A DNA stretch of 64,000 nucleotides from Geosiphon pyriformis uo1 (GCA_016748015.1 JAAOMT010000518.1:434001-498000), one strand, 5' to 3'. Positions 49,003 through 62,900 are shown, counted from the stretch's first letter. Notes: a model not told the origin generated them from the letters alone. Numbers and translations: made by a program.

Positions 49003-49659
49003 TTAATAAGAAGTATAAGTTTTAACCATAATATTATTCTTTTCAAAGAGATTGAGCTCTGGCAAAATCAAGCTATTTATGAGATAATTTATTTGAAGGG
49101 TTTTATCTAACTCAAAGCTAACTAGTTTGTTGAAGTCTTTTGTGGATAAGGTATATAACACTTGAGGTGAAATGAGTTTTGTATTCAAAAGACCAAATCT
49201 TTGTATTAGAGTTTTGGCTCTTCTAGCAATAATTAAAACTTTGGAGACATCTAACCATATAATGCCCAAAATTTCTGCTTGTATCTCTGAAGTTGTTTTC
49301 TTCATAAGTTTCATATCCTTTATGATTTCACCAAGACAACCATAGAGCTCTAATTGCCTTCCATATGACAAGTTTTTGTCTATGGATAAGATTTCTTGAA
49401 GTGTTTTTCCAATTGTGTTGAAAAGTAGGAGTATAGCTACTGTTATACTTTCCAACAGATATTTATCCATTTTACTACCAATTTTTTCTCTTCTAGTAGT
49501 AGTTTTCTTTGGTTTAATAATAGTATGTGTTCCACTGTTATCAGTTATAATGGTTTGTTTTTCAATAATCAGAGTAGCATTTGGATAGTTTTTGATCCAA
49601 TACTTATAGAAAGTATAGAAGGTGTTTTAAATGTTTTGATCCAAAAAATAATTGTTCAT
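49003..49659 (-). pseudogene. Accessory ORF3 of element C
   Basis: ATG 49659, one TAA, then in frame with ORF 49003..49470. N-terminal LIIEKQTI + basic patch and LYGCLG echo ORF3 of A/F. Confidence 0.6.
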
Positions 49660-52600
49660 GTCAGTTGAAGATACCTCTGTTTTGGGAATGGTGCATTTAT
49701 TTATACTTGATTTTTGCTGATTATTTGAGTTAGTATTATCACAACAGACAGCCAATCAGATTATTTATAATATTTCTTGAGTTGTGTACCATAAACAGGA
49801 TGATTATTGAAGATTGTTCCAGATTGATCTTGAAGAATATAAGACCTATTGTTCAAAACTTTGTTGACTATAAAGGGTTCTTTCTATTAGCTAGAAAACT
49901 TATCACCATAAATATTGTTTCTGTCAAAATGATATTCTAGTACTAAGTCACCAATACTTAAAGAAAGTGTTTTATAGGTTTTCTTTTTCTTAAGCTTTTT
50001 TTGAAACTGTTTTATCTTTTCAAAAGCAATTATTCATGCTTTTACTAAGAAGTCAAGAATGGTACCAAGTCTTCTTTGCAAAATGTCTTTGTAATTTCCT
50101 ATTGTGATCTCTTCAAAAGGTATTGTTTCAATATTAGTTTTTATTAATAGTGTTGCCATGTATTCATAGAGCAGATAAAAAGATTTATAACTTGTTATGT
50201 TATGATTCACAGTTCTATAAGCAAACAAAGCTGAAGCCAGTACTTTGTCCTATAAGTTTGTTTCTTCACTGGTTTTGGTTAGAGTTTCACATAGTGTTCT
50301 ATTAAAACGTTCCACTAAACCATTTATTTGAGAGTGATAAGGGGAAAAAAGTTTATGATGTATTCCCATTTTTCTACAAAGTTCTTCAACCAATGTACTG
50401 AAAAAAGCTCTTTTTCTATCAGATAAAAGTTCTTTGGGGCAGCCATGATGGCAAATGATATCTTCATAAATGAAATTGGCTATTGAGACTGCTGTTTGGT
50501 CTGGGGTGGCTCTTGCTTCTATCCACTTTGTAAGATAGTTGATAGCTGTAATAATGTATCTGTTGTTATCAGGAGTTATTGTTAAAAGTCCAACAACATC
50601 TATACCAATTATGTCAAATGGTTGACCAACAAAGATTGGATGGATATCTTCTTTGTGATTGGATTTATCTTTTCTTTGGCAGATGTTACAGGTTTTGATG
50701 TATTTAGTCTTTTTCTAAGGTAGGCCAATAATAGCAAGCTAAAGTTTTCTGAATTGTCTTTGTTTTTCCAAAGTGTCCAGCTAATGAGTCAGTGTGCATG
50801 TTGTATATTACAATTTCTTTTTTTTCAAATCTGATGACTTTCTAGAAATGGTCAGGATCTTTTTTGTTTCTTTTGTATAATTGGTTCTGGCAGATCAAAT
50901 AGAAATTTGATTGTTTTTGCAAATGTTCTCTTTGCTGTTGAGTGTATTTTGGTGGGTATTGTCCTTTACCCAAAAATTCCATTAAGGCAGAGTAGTTGTT
51001 CAAGTCCATTATCGTGTTTGTTTGTGAAGAAATTACTAATAATTAATTTGGTTTGGTTTGAGAAGTTGTACTATCACTGGATGGTAAGTCTAGAGAAAGT
51101 GTCAGCATTTTAATGATTTGCTCCTTTGTAGTGTTGAATATTATAGTCAAATTCATCCAAGTGGAGTATTCAGCAAGTTATTTGTTTGTGTTTCAGCTTC
51201 TTTTTATTTCACAGCCAAACCAAGACTTGATAATCTGTTACCATTAAGAATTTTGCACCAAAAAGATATTGATCCCAGTAGCTAGTAGCCCAAACTACTG
51301 CTAAACATTCTTGTTCAGTAATTGAATAGTTCTTTTCTGCTGGTGTAAAGAATCTACTAACATATGCTATGGCATGTTCTCTGCCATTTTCATCTTTCTG
51401 TGAAAGGACAGCATTAAGTCTATAGCCAGATGTATCAGTATAGAGAATAAAAAGTTGGTCCAGATCAGGTTGCTTAAGAATTGGTTTAGTAACAAGTTTT
51501 TCCTTCAGAATTTTAAAAGCTTTTTGTTGATGAGTGCCCCAGTGATAATTGACATTTTTTCTGAGTAGCTGATTGAGAAAAAAAGCAATTTTGAAGAAAT
51601 CCTTGATAAATTTGTAATAGTAAGAAGCCAAACCAAGAAAAGAGCATAGTTCAGAAACATTCATTGGTTGTCTAATGTTCTGAACTTTTTCAACTTTAGC
51701 TGGGTCAGAGAAGATTCCATTTTTTGTAATAAGATGACCAAGAAACTGGGTAGATTGGTGTCCAAAGAAAAATTTAATTGGGTTGATCTTAAGACCAGCA
51801 TTTCTGAGCAGGTCAAAAATCTTCTGTAAATGTTCAAGGTGTTCATTCCAGATTTTTGAATATACTATTATGTCATCCAAGTAAACCAGAACAAAGTTTT
51901 TTTTTACTGATTCAAATACTTTATCCATTAGGCGTTGAAAGGTGAGAGGAGCATTGGTAAGACCAAAAGACATGACTGTGAATTCATAGATGCCATACTT
52001 GGTAATGAAAGCAGTTTTCTTTCTGCTTTCTAGATCCATCTTTACTTGCCAGAATTCAGCAGTTAAGTCAATAATTAAGAAGAAAGCAGCACCATTAAAT
52101 TTATCTAGCATTGCATCAATTTTGGGAAGTGGATACATGTCTCTTATAGTGATAGTATTTAGTTGGCAGTAGTCAACACAAAAGCATAAGGTTTTATCTT
52201 TCTTGAATACCACTACAACTAGGAAAGCTTATTTACTCTTGGTTTTTTGTATGAATCCAAGATCTTTCATCCGGTTTATCTCTTTCTTAATAAACTCATT
52301 ATTGTGTTGATTAGATTGATAATGCTTCAAATGGATGGGGTGAGTTTCTTTTGTGGTGATAGTGTGTTGTATTACATGAGTTTGTCTAGCGGTATCATCT
52401 TCTTTTGAGATAACTGGGCTATTTTTAGCCAACAGATTTTCAATGTCCACTTTTCTTTCTTCAGGAAAAGGTTCTCTTTGTTTTACAACTAATGATTGGA
52501 TTTCAGGTGGTTCATTCTCAAAGAACTTTTGTACTTTTTTAAGTTCTTCTTAAGGTATCAAGCTAATTGGTTCCCAATTTTTGTAATAGATCAGGCAGGA

Positions 52601-55600
52601 TTTGCATTTATCACTTGGTGAATACAAAGGTTTATTACACCAGCACCATGCACAAGGGCCATGCCACCAATAACTGTATTTGACTTTTTTGCCAGGTTTT
52701 TTGTCAAAAATTCTTCTGAGGATATTATAGTAGGGCCAGCAGATCAGTTTGCCATTCACCATAATTCCTTCTTTGTTAGCTTTAACATTGTCCAGAGGCT
52801 TGCCATTGCTGGTAAAAATGGTATAGATGAGTTCAGCAGTTTCTTTTTGTTTTTCTTAATTTTTATCATCATTGCTCTTATCATTATCTGATTCATCTAA
52901 TTGTTCTTCTTCTTGGTTTTGTTGGATTATTGAAAGAATTGTCCAATGATAGCACTTAATCACAATAGGTTTCTCACCACATCTGATGGTTAGTTCACAA
53001 AGTTCATAATCAAGCAAGGCTTTTGTTTTCTTGAGCCATTTATTGCCAACTATTATGGTGTATTCTTTTGCTTCAGATACTTCCATGTCAGTTTCAATGC
53101 TGATGCCATTAATTCGGACAGAAACAGCTTTGGCTATGCCAAATCTTTCTTTTTGTTACCATGTATATTGGTCATTGGTCTTGTAAATAGTTCATCAATT
53201 TTTCTGTCAATTGCTTCTAAAAAGTGTTTGGCAATAATACTAACCAATGATCTACTGTCCAGGATCAAATCAATAAAGTAGCCAGCCACTTGGGCTTTGC
53301 AAATCAGAGGAGTGACATTGCTGTTGTCAGCAAATCCAGCTTAATGAGAGTGTTTATTGGTTTTTGGTGTTTTCTTCTTTGGTATTAATAATTTGCAAAG
53401 GTCTTTTCTGAATTGGGGATGGGTTATTAACTGGCCAAAGGTAATGTAAGCAGAAGTTTCTATGAGATCTTTGACAACAGAATATGGTCCAGATTTTTGT
53501 ACAATTTTTGGAGGTTCCAACTTTGGAGAATTTTTAAAAACTTTAGCTTTTGGTAGTTCATTGTTATTAGTGGTTGATGTGAAGGCTTTTTTTGGATTTA
53601 TAACGAAATCAACTTTGGCTTTCTTCTTCTTTCTTGTTGGTTCAGAAGTGTTGATTGCTAGTTCATTCATATCATGGTCATTATCAGTTAGGTTAAAAAC
53701 ATAAAAGAGGTTTTCTTCTGATTGGCTTGCACTCTTACCCTTTGGAGGTGTGCCTACCAATTTAAAGGCTAATAAACAGTGGCTTTCACTAGGGGATTCT
53801 CTCCAAAGAAATTGATGTTGGCATGATTGGGTCTTTGATTGGAAACATTATTATTGTTGGGTCTGTTATTCTGGGTGTCATTATTTCTAGGAGCTGGAGG
53901 GAGCAATAGAAGATTGTTACAGTCTCTTGAGAAGTATTCAGTTAATTCACAGCAATAACACACAGATGAGTCACAATTTTGCTGTTTTTAATATAGTAGT
54001 TGTTGGGGCTGATTTAAACAGGATTCAAATCTGGGTCTTTGGGATTGTTGGTTGTCTCTGACTGCTTAAGCTAATGGTTCTAATAGCCAAGCAAGGTTAG
54101 CAGTAAGTCTGTCTATTAACTGTTCATTAAGATCTTGAGTATGAGTGGCAAAAGAAGTTGCAGCCATTTGTGGAGCTAGAGCCATAGCAGGAGCAGGAGC
54201 AAAAACTGGAAGTGTAAATCCCAAATGCATCCTTTGGTTATCTTCAATTCTTTGTTCCAGTTTAATAGCCATGTCCATTGTTGGGTTGTGTTTTAAAGCC
54301 AAGAGAGGCCAAAAAGCATATGATAGATCAGTTCTTAATCCTTTTGTAAAGGAATGGATCTTTTGCTCTTTTGTTTAGTTTCTTCCAGAGTCTACATATT
54401 TGATTAGCTTTCTGATAGCTTTGGCATATTCAGTCACTACTTCTCCAGGGCCTTGGGTTTTTCTTTCCAATTCCATGTGCCATTTGGATATTAATATTGG
54501 AGTTCTGAACTTGATCTCAAACCAGGTAGTGAAAGAGGTATTTTCTTTTTCAGTATTGGTTGGTATCCATCTAATTATTTGGTGTTGAGCATTGGCATCT
54601 GTTTCTTGTGAGAACCAGGTAGCAGGAGAGTCTTGGAAATAGCTGCCAACGATTTGGAACTTGTATTTTTTATCATACTGGTTGGCTGTGGCAGCTCTTT
54701 TAAAATCATTTAATCATTCAATTGGATCTTGTGCATCACCTCTAAATAGTGGTAGTGGGGTATTGTTTCTTCTTCCTAGAGTAGTTTGTATATTTTGGAG
54801 GGCAGCCAGAATGTTTGCTTGCATGGAGTCATTAGCCATTGGTTTAGGGATAACTGTTTGTGTAGATGAGTTTAATTTGCTTGATAAAAGATCAAAAACA
54901 GGAGCAGTTTAGTAGCTTTCTTCTTCTGTTTCAAAGAAAATTTCAGTTGCTTAATGGGCAGCAATCCAAATGTGGATTTGATGATTCAGATATTCGAAAT
55001 CAGAAGGCTGTTGTTCAAAAATTGTAGAATACAAGAGCTGATTGATACTGTTGTTTCTTTTTTTAAAGTTGTCTTCAAAATAAGCTTGATCAAAGTAATA
55101 GATTGTATAAGCTGTGTAGGTTTCAGCTGAATGCTCATTTAGGAACCAGTTCCAAAAGTCTTGGAATTGTCTGCTGGATTGTTCTTTAATGGGAAAGCAA
55201 ATCAAGCAGGAGGACAAAGGATTGAGTTCAATAAAGTCTAGATTGTTTTTGTTGTGTACTTTAAAGTGTTTTTCTGATTGTTGTAGCAAGTATAAATAAT
55301 CATTCATACAATAAGAAACAAAGTGGATTTTGACAACCTTACAGGGAGCACCACTTTTATGTTACAGATTGGAGTAACAAGCTAATAGATAGCAAGGGAG
55401 AACAGAATTGTAAGGTAATGAAAATAATCAAAGAGAATTCAACTTCAAAGAGCGAATTGAATAAATATAAATTCAATGTGTAAAATCAGTCTCATAAAAT
55501 ATCTCAGTTACTATTCTTTTCAAAAAATAACTGGGGAATCTGAAGATAGAGAGATAGTCTATACTATCAACAAATAATCACACTTGGTATAATTCTATGC

Positions 55601-55887
55601 CTTATATCGGTGCTCTTAAAATTCAATATCAAGTATCAGATGTGCTTTTTAGTCACATTTTATTCAATAATCTTCAAATGCTATACTTATACATTTCAGA
55701 AAAAGGATAAGAATTAACTAACAAGTAATTTTTTATCTCAAGATGTTTGGATACTTGAAGATAGGGAAAGAGAAATTAGCAATAAGAGAATAATTGAGAT
55801 GAAAGTTGTTATTTTATTTATTTTTGATTATTTTGAACATGCTTTTTTATAGCTAAGAGATTCATCACTTATATAGCTGTCAAAAGT

Positions 55888-56019
55888 GGTTAATGATCAG
55901 GTCAATGACTAGGTTAATAATTAGGTCAATGGTCAAGTCAATGATTAGGTCATTAATCAGGTTAATAATCAGGTTAATAATCAGGTTAATAGTCAGGTCA
56001 TTGATCAAGTTAATGATCA
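55888..56019 (-). repeat. U3 array of C: 11 x 12 bp (GGTCAATGATCA on + strand)
   Basis: 11 units here, 3 units at about 48910-48945, and a long degenerate array in the D LTR at about 47205-47370. Confidence 0.85.
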
Positions 56020-56915
56020 CTATCTAAAAATAGTGTGGCTAATTTATATAACATCAGTGGCTAATACATGTAATAATTAATAAGAAATATAAGTTTCAAC
56101 CATAACACTATTTTACACAAACAGCTACCTCTGAATCAATGACTGCTGATCTTATATAAACAAACATCTTGGCCACTCTTCAAGATATACAAACTGCTTT
56201 AGAATAAAAAAATAACACTTTATTACCATTATTTAAAAGTGATATTTAAAACTCAATTAAATAATTAGATAATTTTGAAAAAACAGTTACAGTTAACCAA
56301 TATAATATTGAATACAAATTCCAAATTGTTGGTGGCTATCTCCAAGGTTTTTTTGCCACTTGGTTTTTACAAAAAACTAATATTAATACTTATTAAAAAA
56401 TTATTAGATAAACACCAACAAATACCAGAAAAAAAAACATTTTTTTTATTACTTGGTTTAAAAACAAATTTAGAACTTCTATTTTGATTTCTAAATAGCA
56501 TATGAAATTAGAAAAAAGAACTTAAAGTTTTAATAAAGTTGTAATTAAATACACAAAAGCAATTAAAAAGCTTATTAAAATAGTAAACTTTGAAAAAAAT
56601 AAGATTAAAAAACAAAAAATTCACTCCTTTACAAAAAAATTGAGAATTAACTTATCTTATGCTTTGTAGTCTCTCTTGGCTCTAAAAAATAATCTCACAA
56701 TAAATATGGTCATTGAACTTACACAAAAAATTAAAAACAATTAAAGAATATATTTGGAATTTTCTCTTTTAGTTTTTGTTTTTGCTTCTATTTTGGCTTC
56801 TGCTTTTTAAATAACTACTATTTTTTTGCAATTCAAACCCAAGATTCCAATAAACAATTGATAGATAAACTTATAACTAATTTTGTTTGGTTACTAAAGT
56901 TTTTAGTTCAAGCAG

Positions 56916-58354
56916 TGTTACGGGTAAACTTGGTGGATAATGAAAATAGTAATGTTTGGTGCTTTCAATTATTGGTAATATGTTTTCTATGTAATTCTGT
57001 TGGCTTAGTCTCAATTATCAGTTTCTGAAGGTCTATTTCTGAATGTGAATTTACCTGTTGAGTTCTTTAATTATAAGACACAGAGTTTGTCTTTTGTGGA
57101 TTGCAATGTCTTCTATAAATGTAAGCTTTTCTTTTCTGAGCTAATAAGCACAGTCATTAAGGTCTGGTAGTGTCTTTTTGTCTTTCTGGTAAGCTAACAA
57201 GATAACGTTAATATCTAAAACCTAAGGGGAACCTCCCTCTTTTACCAGGCTATCACGAAGTCTATTCTCAGACAGTCAATTTTACTATGTTGCCACTCTA
57301 CAAAAAAAAATAAGAAAAAAAAAGAAAAAAAAAGATAAATTAGTATTATCAACTACCATGATTAAGAGCGATTGGTCCAAGTTGTTAATAGTTCAAGACA
57401 GTTATGCTAAAAGCATTTGTCCTGGAACAAAGGTATGAAACAATAGTCAATTCACGTAAATTCTACACAGTTTGAGAACATAAATTCATGATTCTAATTT
57501 CTCAATAATTGATTTATTTCAAAAGATGAATATGAAATATAATAAATAAGAAGGGGGTATAGATATTTGTTTCTTGTCTAGTGGTTCATATCTATCTCTG
57601 CTCTTTTCTACTTTCTACTACTACTTGCTTTTATACATTCTTTTGGTTTTACAGAATTGCTTCTGATTGTTTTGTTATTAATAATTATTGCTTTGTTATT
57701 TTTGTTATTGCTTCGTTCTTCTATGTTATTACTAGTTATCCTATATTATAACACGTTTTCTAGTGTTATTTTGTGTTATCTCACATTGTAACATGTTATC
57801 TTGTGTTATCCTAAGTTATAACATGTTATTCAATGTTATTGTGCGCTATCCTAAGTTATAACGCATTATTCAACATTATTGCATGATATTCTGTGTTATA
57901 TCATGTTTTGGTCACGTTTCTTCATAACTTCAGATTGGTTTTTCTACTTGGATAACATTATCTCTCTCTTTTTAGAATTAAGCTCCTACAAAATTGTATG
58001 TATCTGTTTCTATGTCTTTGTTTGTGTAATGTTTGATTGTTGCATTGAGTATTGTTTTTCATAGGTCTTCAAACTGTCAATTGGTAATTCGTCCTATGTT
58101 GTTAACTGTTATCATTTTTATAGATTTATGCAGCAGTACGTTTGGACAATGTTGAAAAGCAGCATATAGTTAGTATGCTGTTTTGTAATATAATATCAAG
58201 TTGCTACTTCTTACAAATTTTTTTACTTGTTGCATTGCTTCTTTGTTGAAAGTTTTCTGGCTGAGATCTCCATATAATGTCTTCAAATCTAGTTGTTTAC
58301 CAATTTTGTAAAACCAATATGTTGAAGGCAGTCTTTCTTTCCATTCCTGGGCAT
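56916..58354 (-). mobile_element. 3' end of Ty3/gypsy element E: 3' LTR 56916-57957, PPT, C-terminal part of ORF3; interrupted by F
   Basis: TGTTATC...CGTAACA ends in element sense; purine tract 57961-57973; GTTATAAC-based U3 array at about 57725-57905; peptide YWFYKIGKQLDLKTLY..KTAY*LYAAFQHCPNVLLH is homologous to ORF3 of A. Confidence 0.8.
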
Positions 58355-59290
58355 TGTTACAGATAATTATTTGGGGTCTCAGATCAAATAACAAATCCAT
58401 AACTTGGTGCTCAATATCTACTCTAATGGCTAATGGTAATAATATTGGTATGTTGTCTTTATCTAAAAGTTTTGATTGAGAGTCCTTTGTATAATATACA
58501 GAGATTCAATGACAATGTAGTTGGTTGGTGAGTTGTGTTCCCAATTTCTGTCTTCAGCTTGGTAGCTAGTTTATTCTGACATTCATGCTCTTCTGATAAG
58601 CTATCCATTAATATATATATAATTGTTATCCTTATTTCTGGGTCTTTTACCAGACTATCCGTAACATCAATTACTCAGCACTTTTAATCCCTAATCAGTT
58701 AGTATACAACAATAAAATCAAGAAAATAAAATAAAAGAAGAAAAATAAAGAAATGAGCCAAGGCAATACACAAGTTAGGATCTGTTAATAGTCATGATCA
58801 AGAGCTATTGTTCTAATGTAGTTAAGTATCAATTGCTATCAACATGAAGTGTTGATAGTAGAGAGTAAATTGAAATAGTGAATAATTATTTATTTAATAT
58901 TTGTAAATAGAAAGTTGCTTAAATAAAATCTAAACTGAGAGGTCTCTAATAGAAGGATTCTGCTTTTTTTCTACTTTTAACACTACTGCTATATATACAT
59001 AATTGATGTTCTATGGGATTGTTCACATTTCTGAGCAATGTGTTATGATTTTTTGAGCAATGCTTACATTGTAGAGCAATATGCCCTAGTTTTCTAACAT
59101 TGCTCCACATTGCTGAGCAATGTGCCATGTTTTCTGACATTGTTTCATATTGCTGAGCAATGTGCCATGATTTCTGTCATTGTTCTACATTGCTGAGCAA
59201 TGTGTTCACATACTATATACTATTCACTTATTGGTCTATTATTTCTCTATATCTGTTTTCTTTTTATGAGTAATATTATCTTCTCTTTTT

Positions 59291-59926
59291 TTAATATTGA
59301 GCTCTGTTGAAATCTTCATTCTGAATTAGCTCTAATACTTTTTTTTTTAGTATTGTTTGTTTGACTTTATTTTTCACATCTTCTACTTGTACATTGTTCA
59401 TTCTTTCCCATTGATTAATGGTTATGGTTTCCATGTTAGAGTGTAACAGTATTTCTGGATAGTTCTGAAATATGTTGTGCAGTCAATAAATTGTTCTCAC
59501 ATGTAATGTTGAGTTCATTTTTTTTCCAATAAATTTTTCAATTTGCTGTATTATGTTTTGGTTAAATACTCTCTTGGATTTGTCAATGTACAACTCCTGA
59601 ATATTCAACTTTCGACCTAACTGGTAGTAACAGTATGATATTGGAAGTTGTTTTGTCTATTGTTTTCAATTCTCTTTTATAAGTTCTTTTGTTGGTGCCA
59701 TAATAGGTTTTTTCTCAAAAGTGTTCTTTACTTTTTCTATTATGTTATTTGACCAGTTTTTATCACTTTTTGGTATCTGCTGATATGGTGTATTCTTTGT
59801 CTTTCTTTTGGTGTTTTGATAGCAGATTGTTTGGTTGTTAACAATAATTTCCATGTCTAATAATTGTTGACTTAATGCCTGGAATAATAATTGAGCTATG
59901 GTGTGAATATAATCTGGTATTTTCAT
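59291..59926 (-). pseudogene. Accessory ORF3 of element F
   Basis: MKIPDYIHTIAQLLFQ..IIVNNQTI..CYYQLGRKLNIQELYIDKSKRVF..RTIY*LHNIFQNYPEILLHSNMETITINQ. Two stops align with Trp codons of A. Confidence 0.78.
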
Positions 59927-62900
59927 TTTCTTGGTTGCTTTTGTCGCGTATACTGTGTCTTTATATACTTTTTTTTTATTGTTTGATTTTACATGTTTGG
60001 TTTAATGATTATGATTGGTTTCAAATCTTGTGGATTCTCATCTGGTTGGACTAGTATTTGTTGTACTCCTAATTGTGGAATGTTATTGGTGGATGATGAT
60101 GCTATTTGGTGATATGGTTTCAGTCAATTACTATGTACTGCTTTGGCTAAGATTTTGTTGTTTCATCTTAGTTTATAAGCTCAATTTCAAGAATTTCTTT
60201 TATGTGAAATGGTCTATCCCATTTGGGGTCAAATTTTTCACTCCATTGTTTTTCCGCTTTGGTACAATGTAAAAGTACTTTGTCTCCAATCTTGAATTCA
60301 ATTGGTTTGTCTAATAGTTGATTATCATGTCTTTTTTTTTGTTTTTCTTGTGATTTTTGGATGTTATCAACTGCTCTTTGCCATTTATTTTCTAATGTTT
60401 CCATTAAGTCATATGTTTTTTTTAGCAATATTTCCTAAAAATTGTCTTCAGTTATTGGTTCTGTTGGATAAGTGGTAACTTCCATCTCAATTGGTAATGT
60501 TGCTGTTCTACCATATACTAATTCAAATAGTGTTGCTTGTGTAGTGTCTTGTTTCATTGTTTGATAAGCAAATAATACTAATAGTATGAACAAATCTTAT
60601 TTGTCCTGATTTTTTTAACTGATTTTGGCAATTGCTTTGCACAATGTTCTGTTAAATCTTTCAACTAACCCATTTGTTTGTGGATGGTATGGTGATGATA
60701 ATGGTCTTTTGATTCCAAATCTCTGACTTAATTCTGCTAATGTTCTGTTCACAAAGTGAGTTCCTTAATTTGATAATAGTTTTTTTGGACATCCATGTCA
60801 ACAAATCAAATCTTGATGAACAAATTCAGCAATGAATTCTGCATCTGCTCTTTGAATGGCTTTTGCTTTTGGCCATTTAGTGAAATAGTTCATGGCTACT
60901 GTGATATATCTGTTGCTTCTGCTGGTGATTGTTAATGGTCTGACTAAGTCAATTCCAATGTGATCAAATAGTTGTCCTACTTTAATTGGTCTTAATAATT
61001 CACTTGGTCTTGTTCTACCTCTTCTCTGACAAGCATCACAATTTTGAACATATTGGATAATGTCTGGATACATCGATGGCCAATAATATCTTTTTCTGAT
61101 TCTTTCTATGGTCACTTTTTTATAAAAATGTTCTGCTGTTGGGTCTGAATGCATGTTGAATAATATTGTCTCTTTCTCTGGTTCTGTGATTACTCTAGTT
61201 GGTTAATCTAGATTTCTTCTGTTCTTCTGGTAAAGTATATTTTGATGGTTGATAAAATATTTTGATTGTTGTTTTATGTTTCTTTGTTTTTTTTGAGATA
61301 ATTTCTCCTTGAACAATTGGGTATTTATATAATATTGAAGTTGTTGGTATTTTTGTATATTCATCTTTTGTTATATTTTTGGGTTGGAATGTTTTTAGAT
61401 TTGTCTCATTCGCAACAGTCTGTCAGCATTTCTATTGTCTTTTCCCTTTTTATAATGTACTGTATAATTAAATGGTGAAAGTTCTATTTTCTATCTGGCA
61501 TGATGATTGTCTGCAAATTCTTGTTTTTGGATTGAAGTCAATCCTTTGTGGTCAGTATACACATCAAACTTTTGACTCAAGTATTCCTTCTATTTGATAA
61601 CAGCCCAATAAATAACTAAGTGTTTTAGTGCTAAAGTTCCATAGTTTTTCTCAGCTGAACTTAAGCTTCTACTGTTGTAAGCTACTGGATGTTCTCTTCC
61701 ATTAGGTCTTTTCTGTAAGAGTACTGCTCTCAATGCTTGGCCTGATGCATCAGTGGTAATTATAAATGGTTTGCTGTAGTCTGAATACATCAATACTGGA
61801 GCTTGGATAAGCTTTCTTCTTAATATATCAAAAGCTTCTTGTTGAGTTTCTGTCCATTTATACTTCACATTCTTTGTTTGGAGTTGGTGTAATGGTTGAG
61901 CTATTTTGGAAAAGTCTTTAATAAAGCAGTAGTAGTATCCAGCAAATCCCAAGAATGCTCTTAATTCTGTAAGATTATTTGGTACTGGAAAGTTCTTGAC
62001 AATCTCAATTTTGTCTAAATCTGTTTTGATTCCATTTTTGCTTACCACATGTTCTAAAAACTTGAGTTTAGTTTTTTTAAAGAAACATTTGGTCATATTT
62101 AGCTTTAGTTCGGGTTTTCTTAATCTTTCAAACACTTATTGGAGATGATGCAGATGATCATCAAATGTTTTTGAGAACACATTGGTGTTATCCAAGTATA
62201 CAACTACTAATTTCCATAGTAATCCAGTATAGACAATTTCCATAAGTCATTGGAATGTTGCTGGAGCATTCATCAAGCCAAATGGCATGATTTCAAACTC
62301 AAAATTTCTTTCTCTTGTGGTAAACACTGTTTTTTTTTTGTCAGCTGGATCCATAGCTACTTGCCAGTAACTACTATCTAAGTCCAGTGTTGAGAACCAT
62401 TTATTTCCTCTAAAAGCATCAAATAGTTCTTGGATCTTTGGAGTTGGATAGCTATTATCTTTTGTTACTCTATTCAGTTTTTGGTAGTCTACACAAAAGC
62501 AGATTTTTCCATTCTTCTTATGAACTAGTACTACTGGTAATGGCCATGAACTCATTGATGACTGAATTAGTCTATTGTTAAACATTCGGTTGATTTCTTG
62601 ATGAATAATCTCATAACTAACTGGTGGTATTCTGTATGTTCTTTGTTTAATTGGCATTGCATCTCCAGTCTTGATCTGATGTCAGATGATGTTGGTTTGG
62701 CCAAATTCATTTTTACTAGCAAAGATGTCATTGAAATTGTTGAGTAACATCTTGAGTTGCATCTGTTGAAGTGGATCTAGATTCCCTATGTTCATCTGTT
62801 CCAATTGTTTTGGTTGGAGCAGATAACATTCACTTTGTCTGTAGATGATTTGTGATGTAATGTCCACATATCCACAAAGCTGTGGAAAATCTGGAATGTG

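Larger units (their letters stand above)
48382..56107 (-). mobile_element. Full-length Ty3/gypsy element C (no dUTPase), inactivated
   Basis: Perfect TSD CTAT (48378-48381 / 56108-56111); LTRs 55360-56107 and 48382-49033; PBS TGGTGCTCCCTGTAAGG (55353-55337); gag knuckle remnant CYCCELTEYFSRDC; PR LILDS; RT YLDD (51209..52213); RH; IN. Confidence 0.95.
47116..56915 (+). mobile_element. Old Ty3/gypsy element D (same family as C): 5' LTR 47116-47889, PBS, gag; split by C and cut at 56916 by E
   Basis: ORF 47942..48226 is homologous to 54951..55307; mutated PBS TGATGTTCTTTGTAAGG at about 47896; gag resumes at 56112. Confidence 0.85.

Noticed and set aside
55888-56019. Nuclear-receptor response elements (AGGTCA repeats)
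   Set aside because: Fungi lack classical nuclear receptors; treated as a generic U3 array.
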